In this document: positions 27,302 to 36,219 of the stretch, in pieces
How positions within the stretch are numbered: position 1 is the first letter of the stretch
How the letters are laid out: every line of letters starts with the position of its first letter
From: Maricaulis sp.
Lineage (GTDB): Bacteria > Pseudomonadota > Alphaproteobacteria > Caulobacterales > Maricaulaceae
Assembly: GCA_002692855.1 (NCBI GenBank)
Contig: NZMJ01000046.1
Span: 45,838-109,837 of the forward strand
Direction: 5' to 3'
DNA length: 64,000 nt
The notes under the pieces: model-generated
What the model was told of the DNA's origin: nothing
Database searches by the model: none
The model's input: only the letters and a program-made list of their open reading frames with translations
Translations under genes and position numbers: made by a program

Positions 27302-28687
27302 TCAGTTCGCTCCAAGCTCGGGTTCTACCCACTTTTCGCGCAAGGTTACCATTTCTTCCGCGACTGTGGGGTGCACCGCGCAGGTTGCGTCGAATTGTCC
27401 CTTCGTCAGTCCCGCCTTCACGGCAATTGCCGCTGCCTGGATGATTTCCGGAGCATCATCGCCTGCCATGTGGACGCCAACGACGCGTTCGTCATCGGCC
27501 TTGACCACGAGCTTGATGAGCATGCGCGAGTCGCTGTTCGCGAGCACGTTCTTCATCGGCCGGAACACCGACTTGTAGATATCGACCTTGCCGTATTTCT
27601 GGCGCGCATCGGCTTCGGACAATCCCACCGATCCGACTGGCGGCTGTGTAAAGACGGCGCTGGCCACGTCGGAATGGTCGAACGCGGTCGGGTTGTTGCC
27701 GAACACGGTTTCGGCGAACGCCGCGCCTTCGCGAATTGCGACCGGTGTCAGCTGGATCCGGTCGGTCACGTCACCGACGGCATAGACATGATCCGTGCTG
27801 GTCTTCGAGAACTTGTCGACCATGATCGAACCGTTCTCGGCCAGTTCGACCCCGGCGGCCTCCAGGTTCAACCCTTCGGTTTTCGCCTTGCGGCCGACGG
27901 CATGCATCACGACATCGGCGTCAATCACGTCGCCGGTGTCGAGATGGACCTTCTTCCAGTCGCCCTTGCCGGTCTTCTCGATCTTCACCGTGTTCGCATG
28001 GGTGATCACGCGCACGCCGGACTTTTTCAGCTCTTCGTGCATGTGGGCGCGGATGTCGTCGTCAAACCCGCGAAGGACCGTGTCACCGCGATAGGCGAGG
28101 CACACTTCCGAACCGAGGCCGGCGAAGATCTGGGCGAACTCGCACGCGATATAGCCGCCGCCATTGATGACAACGTGCTCGGGAAGCTTGTCCAGATGAA
28201 AGGCTTCATTCGACGTGATGGCGAGATCGTCGCCGGGAATGTCGAGGCGCGCAGGCGTGCCGCCCACCGCGATCAGGATATGTTTCGCCGTAACCGTCTT
28301 GTCGGAATTGACCAGCCGGATTGTATGCTGGTCCTCGAACTCGGCCCGGTCGTCGATCACCTCGACGCCGCTGTTGTGCAGATTCTTGCCGTAGATTCCC
28401 GACAGGCGGTCGACCTCGTCATGAACGGCGTTGCACAGGGTCCGCCAGTCGAAGGACACGCCCTTCGTCGTCCAGCCATAGCCTTCCGCTTGCTTGAACG
28501 CCTTGCCGTATGCGCTGGCGTAAACCAGGAATTTCTTCGGCACGCAGCCACGGATCACGCAGGTTCCGCCGACCCGGTATTCCTCGGCGATGGCGACCTT
28601 GGCCCCCTTCATCGCGGACATGCGCGCCGCGCGCACCCCGCCTGAACCGGCCCCGATAACGAATAGGTCGTAGTCGTAAACAGGCAA
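27302..28687 (-). CDS. gor: Glutathione-disulfide reductase
   Basis: [42 protein letters not shown]. Confidence 0.95.
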   Translation of the reverse strand: MPVYDYDLFVIGAGSGGVRAARMSAMKGAKVAIAEEYRVGGTCVIRGCVPKKFLVYASAYGKAFKQAEGYGWTTKGVSFDWRTLCNAVHDEVDRLSGIYGKNLHNSGVEVIDDRAEFEDQHTIRLVNSDKTVTAKHILIAVGGTPARLDIPGDDLAITSNEAFHLDKLPEHVVINGGGYIACEFAQIFAGLGSEVCLAYRGDTVLRGFDDDIRAHMHEELKKSGVRVITHANTVKIEKTGKGDWKKVHLDTGDVIDADVVMHAVGRKAKTEGLNLEAAGVELAENGSIMVDKFSKTSTDHVYAVGDVTDRIQLTPVAIREGAAFAETVFGNNPTAFDHSDVASAVFTQPPVGSVGLSEADARQKYGKVDIYKSVFRPMKNVLANSDSRMLIKLVVKADDERVVGVHMAGDDAPEIIQAAAIAVKAGLTKGQFDATCAVHPTVAEEMVTLREKWVEPELGAN

Positions 28688-28736
28688 AACAGTCTCCTAA
28701 ACTTCCTTCACACAGTCGCCGGAAAATCAACTTCCA

Positions 28737-30119
28737 TCAACTAGGCTTAGCCTTCCGCCAAGAATGTTTCTTACCTGGAACTTTCGGTGATTGCTCTAGT
28801 TCCCCACGATCGCGCAACCGATAGAAAACATTCTTCATTGTATTTTCGGACTTAATACCAGTAAGTTCACGCGCAATTTGATTTGTGATTTCATCGCTTT
28901 CTTTAAGATACTCCATAACTATTTGTTCCGGAGATGCCAAACTTTCATGGCTTAACGTAACCAATACAGAACCATCCAATTCATCAAAAATTGGTTTTTT
29001 AAGTCGCAATTTCTCCATAGCTTCAAATGCTGTGTTGATACCTTCACCAACATCTTTGTTTGGCGGATTCTTAAATTTGTTAACAATACGAACAATTTTC
29101 GGGTTGCGTGCAAATTGTGTTTTAACTATATTTTCTACCGTTACATGTCCCGGGAGTTTTCCGGGACTCTCTATTTCTACTCGGTTATCAAAAATACGCA
29201 CCTGAACATCTGCCGCTATGCTATAGTCTCTGTGAAGAACGGCATTTGTCAGCAGCTCGTGCAGAGCCTCTTGTGGGTACCTCACTCGTTCCATTCCAGA
29301 GGGGCCTATTTTCTCAATTCCTTCGATAATTTCTCTAACTCGATCTACAGAATTATAAATCAGGTGATAGATCGGTCCCTCGATTGTCTCGGGGTCTCCA
29401 ACAAGAAAATCACGCTCTGCATCAGCTTTTGTCTGATAACGCAAAATTTTAACTGCTGATCTTTTCGGCAAAATTGCTTGAGGGTTATCCGAAAATAGTA
29501 AAATTCCGGCCACGGTAGGTTTTGAACTGGATACAAGGAATTGCTTTTTAAGCCAATCCTCCGGCTCCGCCGTAGGTATCGCATCTAATAAAAATTCAAT
29601 TGTTGTTTCTGAATTAGAGATTACATCGAAACTCAAATTTAATACTTCATCTTCATATGAATTTATCCCTTTATCGAGTTTTAATCGTGTAATCTGCTCG
29701 TCGTTAACAGGCAAACTTTGTGCGTTTTTCCTGATGTAAGTTCTTCCGTCACTTGATTTTATTATAGATTGCGTTTTATTAACTACTAAATGAAGAAGCA
29801 ATCCGGGATTGGAGTCTGAATGAAGAAATTCATAGAAGAAGCTATTTCCCAGAGGGTCTAGTTTTTCAAATACCTGAAAGAATCCGTTCGCTGATTCTTC
29901 ATTACTGAATCCGCGCCAAGACCTAGCCGGAAGTTCGTGTTTTTTATTTTCATCAATTCCAATAAACAACTCCCCACCGCCCGCATTGGCGAATGCGGAG
30001 ATTGCTTTACTTGTTTTTGCCGGGGTCACATCTATACTTTTTACATCTAGAAAATGATTTTCGCTCAGCTGCAGTATTCGCTCAGCGTCATCGGACGAAA
30101 TTGTTCTTCGAGTTATCAA
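28737..30119 (-). CDS. Schlafen/AlbA_2-domain protein fused to an HATPase_c_4 (RecG C-terminal-like) domain and winged HTH; AT-rich insert
   Basis: SENHFLDVKS and SAFANAGGGELFIGIDE (AlbA_2); ALHELLTNAVLHRDYS, IESPGKL, RNPKI (HATPase_c_4); ITNQIARELTGI (wHTH); TTG start after GGAGG (ORF open to 30146). Confidence 0.85.
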   Translation of the reverse strand: MITRRTISSDDAERILQLSENHFLDVKSIDVTPAKTSKAISAFANAGGGELFIGIDENKKHELPARSWRGFSNEESANGFFQVFEKLDPLGNSFFYEFLHSDSNPGLLLHLVVNKTQSIIKSSDGRTYIRKNAQSLPVNDEQITRLKLDKGINSYEDEVLNLSFDVISNSETTIEFLLDAIPTAEPEDWLKKQFLVSSSKPTVAGILLFSDNPQAILPKRSAVKILRYQTKADAERDFLVGDPETIEGPIYHLIYNSVDRVREIIEGIEKIGPSGMERVRYPQEALHELLTNAVLHRDYSIAADVQVRIFDNRVEIESPGKLPGHVTVENIVKTQFARNPKIVRIVNKFKNPPNKDVGEGINTAFEAMEKLRLKKPIFDELDGSVLVTLSHESLASPEQIVMEYLKESDEITNQIARELTGIKSENTMKNVFYRLRDRGELEQSPKVPGKKHSWRKAKPS

Positions 30120-30142
30120 GTCAGCCTCCAATTTTTTGTGTC

Positions 30143-30844
30143 TCAAAGTTCCATGACGCGCGCGCCACTGTCCTCACCCACGATCACCACCCGGGCGAGG
30201 CCGAGAAACAGCCCGTGCTCGACAACGCCGGGGATGGTTTTCAGCGCCTGGTCGGTTGCCGAGGCGTTCGGAATGGTGCGGCAGGCACAATCGAGAATGT
30301 AGTTGCCGCCATCGGTTATGTAAGGCGCGAGACCGTCGCCCTTGCGCCGCAGCTGCACATCCGGGCGCTCAATGCCCGAACGGGTCAGGGCGTCATAGAC
30401 CTTCTTGGCGGTCAGGGTGAACGCAAACGGATCGACTTCGACCGGCAACGGAAACTCGCCGAGGGCGCCGACCAGCTTGGTTTCGTCGATGATCACGACC
30501 ATCAAGTCCGACGCATGCGCGATGATCTTTTCGCGCAGCAAGCAACCGCCGCCGCCCTTGATCAGCTGGAAATGGCCGTCGACCTCGTCGGCACCATCGA
30601 TCGTGACATGCAGACAGTCTGCCTGGTCGACCGGGATCAACGGGATACCCGCTTCGCGCGCCACATCCGCAGTCCGTTCCGACGTCGGCACACCCTTGAT
30701 CGAAAGCCCTTCGGCGACATATTCGCCGAGCTTCCTGACGAAGACTTCGGCGGTCGATCCGGATCCGAGCCCCAGCACCATGCCATCCTGGACATAGTCG
30801 AGCGCGGCAATCGCGGCGCTGGTTTTCTGGTGCGATGTGCTCAT
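30143..30844 (-). CDS. rpiA: Ribose-5-phosphate isomerase A
   Basis: LGLGSGST, IDGADEVD, IKGGGGCLLREK, TDGGNYILD, GVVEHGLF. Confidence 0.96.
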   Translation of the reverse strand: MSTSHQKTSAAIAALDYVQDGMVLGLGSGSTAEVFVRKLGEYVAEGLSIKGVPTSERTADVAREAGIPLIPVDQADCLHVTIDGADEVDGHFQLIKGGGGCLLREKIIAHASDLMVVIIDETKLVGALGEFPLPVEVDPFAFTLTAKKVYDALTRSGIERPDVQLRRKGDGLAPYITDGGNYILDCACRTIPNASATDQALKTIPGVVEHGLFLGLARVVIVGEDSGARVMEL

Positions 30845-32307
30845 GACTCCACTCCTGCCAGGAGGACGTATTTGAGTTCGGTGAACTCCTCCACGCCCCA
30901 CTTGCCGCCCTCGCGGCCGATCCCTGATTGCTTCATGCCCCCGAACGGGGTGGAGGCTGCGCCGACGGTTGGGGCATTGATGCCAATCATCCCGAAATCG
31001 AGTCCCTCGGAAATCCGGTGAACCCGGCCGACATCATTCGTATAGAGATAAGCAGCGAGCCCGTAGGGCGTGTCATTCGCGGCGCGGATCATTTCCGCCT
31101 CGTCCTTGGCCCGGTAGACCGTGGCGATCGGGCCGAAAATCTCGTTGCAGGCCAGATCAAGGCCGAACGAGTCGCCCTCGATCAGGGTGGGCGCATAGAA
31201 GGACCCGCCGAGGTCCACACGCGATTGTCCGCCGACCACGATCCGCGCACCGGCATCGCGCGCCGAGCGCACCAGTCCGTCGACCCGCTCCACCGCGTCG
31301 TCATGGATAAGCGGTCCGACATCGATCCCGGTCTCGAAGCCGTCACCGATGCGCACCGCGGCGACCTTCGCCTCGAGTGCTTCGATCAGCGCGTCCGCCA
31401 CACCGTCCTGCACGATGATCCTGTTGGGCGACACACAGGTCTGGCCGGCCGCGCGGAACTTGCCCCGCACAATGCCGGACGCCGCTTCTTCCGGGTCTGC
31501 ATCGTCCATCACCAGGAAAGGAGCGTTGCCGCCCAATTCGAGTGCGACGCGCTTGATGCCCTTGGCCGCCTCGCCCATCAGGATCTTGCCGACCTCGGTG
31601 GACCCGGTGAAGCCGATCATGCGCACTTCCGGCGACCCGGTCAGTACCGGGCCGATCGCCTGCGCATCGCCGCACACGACATTGAACACGCCCTTCGGGA
31701 TACCCGCACGTTCCGCCAACACCGCCAATGCGAGCGCCGACAACGGCGTCTCCGGTGCGGGCTTCAGCACGACCGTACAGCCCGCCGCCATCGCGGGTGC
31801 GCATTTGCGCGTCACCATCGCAGAAGGGAAGTTCCAGGGCGTGATGCACGACACCACGCCGACCGGCTGGCGCACAGTCCAGCCGCGCGAGCCGGGGATC
31901 GGCACGGGAATGGTTTCGCCGTGAATCCGCTTGGCCTCTTCGATCGACCAGTCGACGAAGGCCGCGCCGTAAATCACCTCGCCCTTGGCCTCTGCGAAGG
32001 GCTTGCCCATTTCTGCCGTGATCAGGACGCCCAGATCGCTGGCATGTTCCAGGATCAGGTCATTCCATCGCCGCAGGATACGGCCGCGTTCGAACACGCT
32101 TGTCTTGCGCCAGGTCTTGAGGGCTTGCGAGGCGGCCGCAATTGCGGCCTTTGCACCGTCCTCGCCCACATCGTCGACTTGCGCCAGTTCTTCGCGGTTG
32201 GCCGGATTATGAACGGCAAACCGGGTGCGGCCGGACTGCCACTGGCCGTCGATGAAGGACAAGGTGCGCAGCAGCGACGCGTCATTCAGGCGATCAAGCG
32301 CTGTCAT
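30841..32307 (-). CDS. gabD: NAD-dependent succinate-semialdehyde dehydrogenase
   Basis: ITPWNFP, FTGSTEVG, LELGGNAP, GQTCV, EIFGP, PFGGMKQSG. Confidence 0.85.
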   Translation of the reverse strand: MTALDRLNDASLLRTLSFIDGQWQSGRTRFAVHNPANREELAQVDDVGEDGAKAAIAAASQALKTWRKTSVFERGRILRRWNDLILEHASDLGVLITAEMGKPFAEAKGEVIYGAAFVDWSIEEAKRIHGETIPVPIPGSRGWTVRQPVGVVSCITPWNFPSAMVTRKCAPAMAAGCTVVLKPAPETPLSALALAVLAERAGIPKGVFNVVCGDAQAIGPVLTGSPEVRMIGFTGSTEVGKILMGEAAKGIKRVALELGGNAPFLVMDDADPEEAASGIVRGKFRAAGQTCVSPNRIIVQDGVADALIEALEAKVAAVRIGDGFETGIDVGPLIHDDAVERVDGLVRSARDAGARIVVGGQSRVDLGGSFYAPTLIEGDSFGLDLACNEIFGPIATVYRAKDEAEMIRAANDTPYGLAAYLYTNDVGRVHRISEGLDFGMIGINAPTVGAASTPFGGMKQSGIGREGGKWGVEEFTELKYVLLAGVES

Positions 32308-33653
32308 TGGGATTTCCCCTTGCGCTTGGCCATCGCGGCGCGAAAACGGCTCGCCCATCCCTCCTTGTTGGATTGCCGGGACCGGCTCAGTGCCAGCGCG
32401 TCATCGGGCACGTCGTCCGTCACGACACTGCCCGATCCGGTATAGGCACCCTTTCCGATGCGAACCGGGGCAACCAGGGACGAGTTCGACCCGATAAAGG
32501 CTCCCTCGCCGATCACCGTCCGGCTCTTGTTGTAACCGTCGTAATTGCAGGTGATCGTTCCGGCTCCGATATTCGCGTGAGCGCCGACCTCTGCGTCACC
32601 GATATAGGACAGGTGGCTGACCTTGGCGTCCTGACCCAGCGTCGATTTCTTCACCTCGACGAAATTGCCCACCTTGGCATTCGCGCCGATGTCGGCAGCT
32701 GGGCGCAACCGCACGAAGGGTCCCACCTGAGCGCCCTGTCTGACAATGCAGCCCTCGAGATGTGAAAAGCCGCGCACGACCACATTGTCTTCCAGCGTCA
32801 CTCCGGGACCGAAAAACACGTTCGGTTCGATCACGACATCGCGGCCGACGACGGTGTCATGGCCGAACCAGACCGTGTTCGGCGCGATAAGCGTGGCGCC
32901 TTCCGCCATTACCGCTTCCCGCTTACGCGCCTGCCAGCACGCCTCGGCCTCGGCCAGGTCAGCGCGCGAATTGACGCCCAGAACTTCGCCGGCATCCCCG
33001 CGAACCGCAGCCGCCTTCAGCCCCCGGGCGCGCGCCAGGCCGACCACGTCGGTCAGGTAATATTCCTTGTTGGCATTGTCGTTCGTGACCTCGCCCAGAA
33101 GTTCGAACATCAGCTTGGCATTGCCTGCCATCACGCCCGAATTGACCAGTCGCACGGCCCGTTCGGCTTCGTTCGCATCCTTGTACTCGACGATTCGTTC
33201 AAGTTCGCCGGACTCGTTTGTGATCAGGCGTCCGTAGGCGCCCGGCGCGTCCGGCTCAAAGCCCAGCACCGCAATCGCCGCACCGCCCTCCAGCGCATCG
33301 AAGACGCGCGACACCGTCCCGGCAGTGATCAGCGGCGTGTCGCCATAAAGGACGATTACATCGCCATCGAAGCCTTTGAGCGCATCCTCGGCGGCACGGA
33401 CGGCATGGCCTGTCCCGAGCGGCGGATCCTGCATCGCGGTTTCGGTGCCGGCCGCCTGTCCCAAGGCATCGATCTGCGGGGATTTTCGTCCGTACACCGT
33501 GACGATGCGATCCGCCCCCGACTGCCGCGCCAGGTCGATGGCCCACTGGACCATCGGGCGGCCGGCAATCGAATGGGCGCATTTCGGCAGATCGGATTTC
33601 ATCCGCGTACCGAGACCGGCGGCGAGGATGACGGCTGCGCGCGGCTGAGGCAT
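32304..33653 (-). CDS. glmU: Bifunctional UDP-GlcNAc pyrophosphorylase/GlcN-1-P acetyltransferase
   Basis: LAAGLGTRMKS, LGTGHA, EYYLTD, GNFVEVK, GAGTITCNYDG. Confidence 0.97.
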   Translation of the reverse strand: MPQPRAAVILAAGLGTRMKSDLPKCAHSIAGRPMVQWAIDLARQSGADRIVTVYGRKSPQIDALGQAAGTETAMQDPPLGTGHAVRAAEDALKGFDGDVIVLYGDTPLITAGTVSRVFDALEGGAAIAVLGFEPDAPGAYGRLITNESGELERIVEYKDANEAERAVRLVNSGVMAGNAKLMFELLGEVTNDNANKEYYLTDVVGLARARGLKAAAVRGDAGEVLGVNSRADLAEAEACWQARKREAVMAEGATLIAPNTVWFGHDTVVGRDVVIEPNVFFGPGVTLEDNVVVRGFSHLEGCIVRQGAQVGPFVRLRPAADIGANAKVGNFVEVKKSTLGQDAKVSHLSYIGDAEVGAHANIGAGTITCNYDGYNKSRTVIGEGAFIGSNSSLVAPVRIGKGAYTGSGSVVTDDVPDDALALSRSRQSNKEGWASRFRAAMAKRKGKSQ

Positions 33654-33756
33654 AAGCGGGGCTCCCGGATTCGACGAATATGCGACGGGCTATAGCCCAT
33701 CACGATACGGGATGCGACAGCGGCGCATGAGCCGATTGCGAGGCGAGGGATCAGAA

Positions 33757-34440
33757 TTGTTTTCAGATCATGTCAAAGGCGCGTCGATCGCGTTCGATCT
33801 CGACGGAACTCTGGTCGATACGGCGCCGGATCTCGTGCGCGCCCTCAATGAAGTCGTCGAACCTGAAGGCCTGGAACCGGTTCCGGTGGCCGAGGTGCGG
33901 GCCATGGTCGGGCGGGGTGCGCGCGTTCTGATCGAGCGCGCCTATGCGGCGCAGGGCCGCGCCCTGATCGGCGACGAGGTCGACGCCCACGTGCGCCGCT
34001 TCATCGACGTTTACCGCGCCGGCATTGCCGACCGCAGCCAGCCATTTCCCGGATGCATCGAAGCGCTCGATGGGTTGAAAGCCGCAGGTGCGCACTTGTC
34101 AGTCTGCACCAACAAGCCGTCGGAGCTCGCCGACTTGCTGCTTCAGACGCTCGATATGGACAGGTATTTCGACCGGGTGATCGGTCCGGACCGGACGCCG
34201 GCGAAGAAACCGGACGCAGCGCATCTGTTTGCGTCCGTGTCACCGGGCGCAAAGCGAATCGTCCTGGTCGGCGACAGCGAGCCTGATGCGACCTGCGCAA
34301 AGGCGGCTGGCGTTCCCTTGATTCTGATGACCCACGGCTACAGCGAAGTACCGGTCAGCACGCTTGGCGCTGACCGGTTACTCGATTCATTCGTGGAGTT
34401 GGCGGACGCCCTTGAGGTCGTCCTGCCGGTCAGCCCTTAG
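33757..34440 (+). CDS. gph: Phosphoglycolate phosphatase (HAD)
   Basis: FDLDGTLVDTAPDL, CTNKP, KKPD, VGDSEPD; start codon uncertain. Confidence 0.85.
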   Translation: MFSDHVKGASIAFDLDGTLVDTAPDLVRALNEVVEPEGLEPVPVAEVRAMVGRGARVLIERAYAAQGRALIGDEVDAHVRRFIDVYRAGIADRSQPFPGCIEALDGLKAAGAHLSVCTNKPSELADLLLQTLDMDRYFDRVIGPDRTPAKKPDAAHLFASVSPGAKRIVLVGDSEPDATCAKAAGVPLILMTHGYSEVPVSTLGADRLLDSFVELADALEVVLPVSP

Positions 34441-34685
34441 GCCGAGCGGCGTTCCAGCTCGGAATCATTCGCCGAGCTGGGACCATGGTCATTGGCCGCG
34501 ACAGTGCGGCGCGGCATGCCATTCACCATGTCCGAACGGACATCGGTACGAGCCGAACGCATTGCGGGCATGAAGCCGGCATCCACCAGATCGACCGAAA
34601 CGTTGTAACCACGTTCAGACCAATAGGTTTCGATCCGTTGCTTCAGGCGACGCGCGCCTTCGGGCGTGCAATAGTCATTTGTCAT
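34437..34685 (-). CDS. Small hypothetical protein (82 aa)
   Basis: Strong GGAGG RBS; DYCTPEGARRLKQRIETYWSERG...MRSARTDVRSDMVNGMP, recalled as a Caulobacterales-type conserved sequence. Confidence 0.75.
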   Translation of the reverse strand: MTNDYCTPEGARRLKQRIETYWSERGYNVSVDLVDAGFMPAMRSARTDVRSDMVNGMPRRTVAANDHGPSSANDSELERRSA

Positions 34686-34924
34686 TTCAAAATACCTCCG
34701 TAACGGCGGGACCACCTGGCCCGGCCAGCGTTACGTGCACTCCCCTTAGAAGAAAGCCGTGACACCGCCTCATGCGGTGCGACTGCTGCGCCTCATATAA
34801 GGACTGCAGCTTCGTGACGATAGTATGACCGTGCGTCAAGTCGCCGCAGGATGAATTTCTCGTCACTTACTCCTGTGCTTGACCGGCTATCTGGCGCTTC
34901 GTATAGCACCCGCCTTCCGGTTGG

Positions 34925-34999
34925 GGGCGATTAGCTCAGCGGGAGAGCACCTCGTTCACACCGAGGGGGTCAGTGGTTCGATCCCACTATCGCCCACCA
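34925..34999 (+). tRNA. tRNA-Val (CAC)
   Basis: GGGCGAT/ATCGCCC acceptor, loop TTCACAC, GGTTCGATCCC, CCA. Confidence 0.96.
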
Positions 35000-35077
35000 T
35001 TCCCCTGACATCCCGGTTTATCCTGCCCGATTGAGCCATTCTTCTGCGCTCAAAAGCGCAATTCGCACGATCAAGTG

Positions 35078-35094
35078 TTGCGAACCATTCTCAT
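35078..35094. promoter_or_regulatory. Alphaproteobacterial (Caulobacter-type) Fur box
   Basis: TTGCGAACCATTCTCAT about 40 nt upstream of the iron ABC transporter. Confidence 0.7.
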
Positions 35095-35133
35095 TTTTGC
35101 CAGAAGTGTTGCAACACGAAGGAGATTGAAGTC

Positions 35134-36219
35134 ATGCGTCTGGAAATTTCATTCACCGCACTCGTTGCGGCGGGGGCCGTTCTGGCCAGCTGCGGGGGTT
35201 CGGGCAACTCCGATCAGGCTGCGGCTCCGGACGAGGCGGCAAACACGCCTCCGGCCCAGGAAGCCCGGGTCGTGAACGTCTATTCGGCGCGTCACTACGA
35301 TTCCGACCGGATCATCTACGAGCGCTTCACCGAGGAAACCGGTATCGAGATCAATCTCGTCGAGGCCGGCGGTGACTTGCTGATCGAGCGCGTTCGCGCC
35401 GATGGCGAGCGCAGCCCCGCCGACGTGATCGTCACCGTTGACGCTGCGCGCCTGCACCGCGCCGAGCAGGCTGGCCTGTTCCAGCCGATCCAGGACCAGG
35501 AAATCCTGGGCATGGTGCCGGCCGAACTGCGCGACCCGCAAGGATACTGGCTGGGCTTCACGGCCCGCGCCCGCGTGATCGCCTACTCGACCGAGCGCGT
35601 CGACCCGTCCACCCTGACCAGCTACGAGGCGCTGGCCGGCGACGACTGGGATGGCCGCCTCTGCATGCGCACGTCGGACAACGCCTATAACCAGTCCCTG
35701 CTGGCTTCGCGCATCATCCACAACGGGGAAGCCTCGGCTGAGGAGTGGGCCAACGGCATCGCCGCCAATCTCGCCGTCCCGCCCAGCGGCGGCGACACCG
35801 ACCAGATCCGCGCCATCGCAGCGGGAACATGCGACGCGTCATTTGTGAACCATTATTACTATGTACGCATCGCCACGTCCGAAGCGCCCGAGGACCAGGC
35901 CGTGACCAGCGCTGTGGCGCTCTATGCCCCCGGCGAAGCCTATGGCGGCGCGCACATCAATGTTTCCGGTGTCGGCATCGCCGCAGGCGCACCGCACCCC
36001 GATGAAGCGCGCGAATTCATCCGCTTCCTCCTGAGCGAGGACAGCCAGCGCGTTTTCGCCGAAGTCACCAACGAGATCCCGGCCCGCACCGGCGTGACCT
36101 ATGACAATCCGCGCGTTGCGGAGATCTCGGACTGGGATCGCGATACCGTCAATCTGGGCGAATTGGGCGATCACACCGAAACGGCGGTCCGGATCTTCGA
36201 TCGCGCTGAATGGCCGTGA
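35134..36219 (+). CDS. Fe(3+) ABC transporter substrate-binding lipoprotein (FutA/FbpA-like)
   Basis: Lipobox LASC, VNVYSARHY, GGDTDQIRAI, VNHYYY. Confidence 0.9.
   Translation: MRLEISFTALVAAGAVLASCGGSGNSDQAAAPDEAANTPPAQEARVVNVYSARHYDSDRIIYERFTEETGIEINLVEAGGDLLIERVRADGERSPADVIVTVDAARLHRAEQAGLFQPIQDQEILGMVPAELRDPQGYWLGFTARARVIAYSTERVDPSTLTSYEALAGDDWDGRLCMRTSDNAYNQSLLASRIIHNGEASAEEWANGIAANLAVPPSGGDTDQIRAIAAGTCDASFVNHYYYVRIATSEAPEDQAVTSAVALYAPGEAYGGAHINVSGVGIAAGAPHPDEAREFIRFLLSEDSQRVFAEVTNEIPARTGVTYDNPRVAEISDWDRDTVNLGELGDHTETAVRIFDRAEWP

Noticed and set aside
28737-30146. AT-rich insert as an IS element or prophage remnant
   Set aside because: No transposase or integrase motifs and no terminal inverted repeats; it is a single intact non-mobility gene
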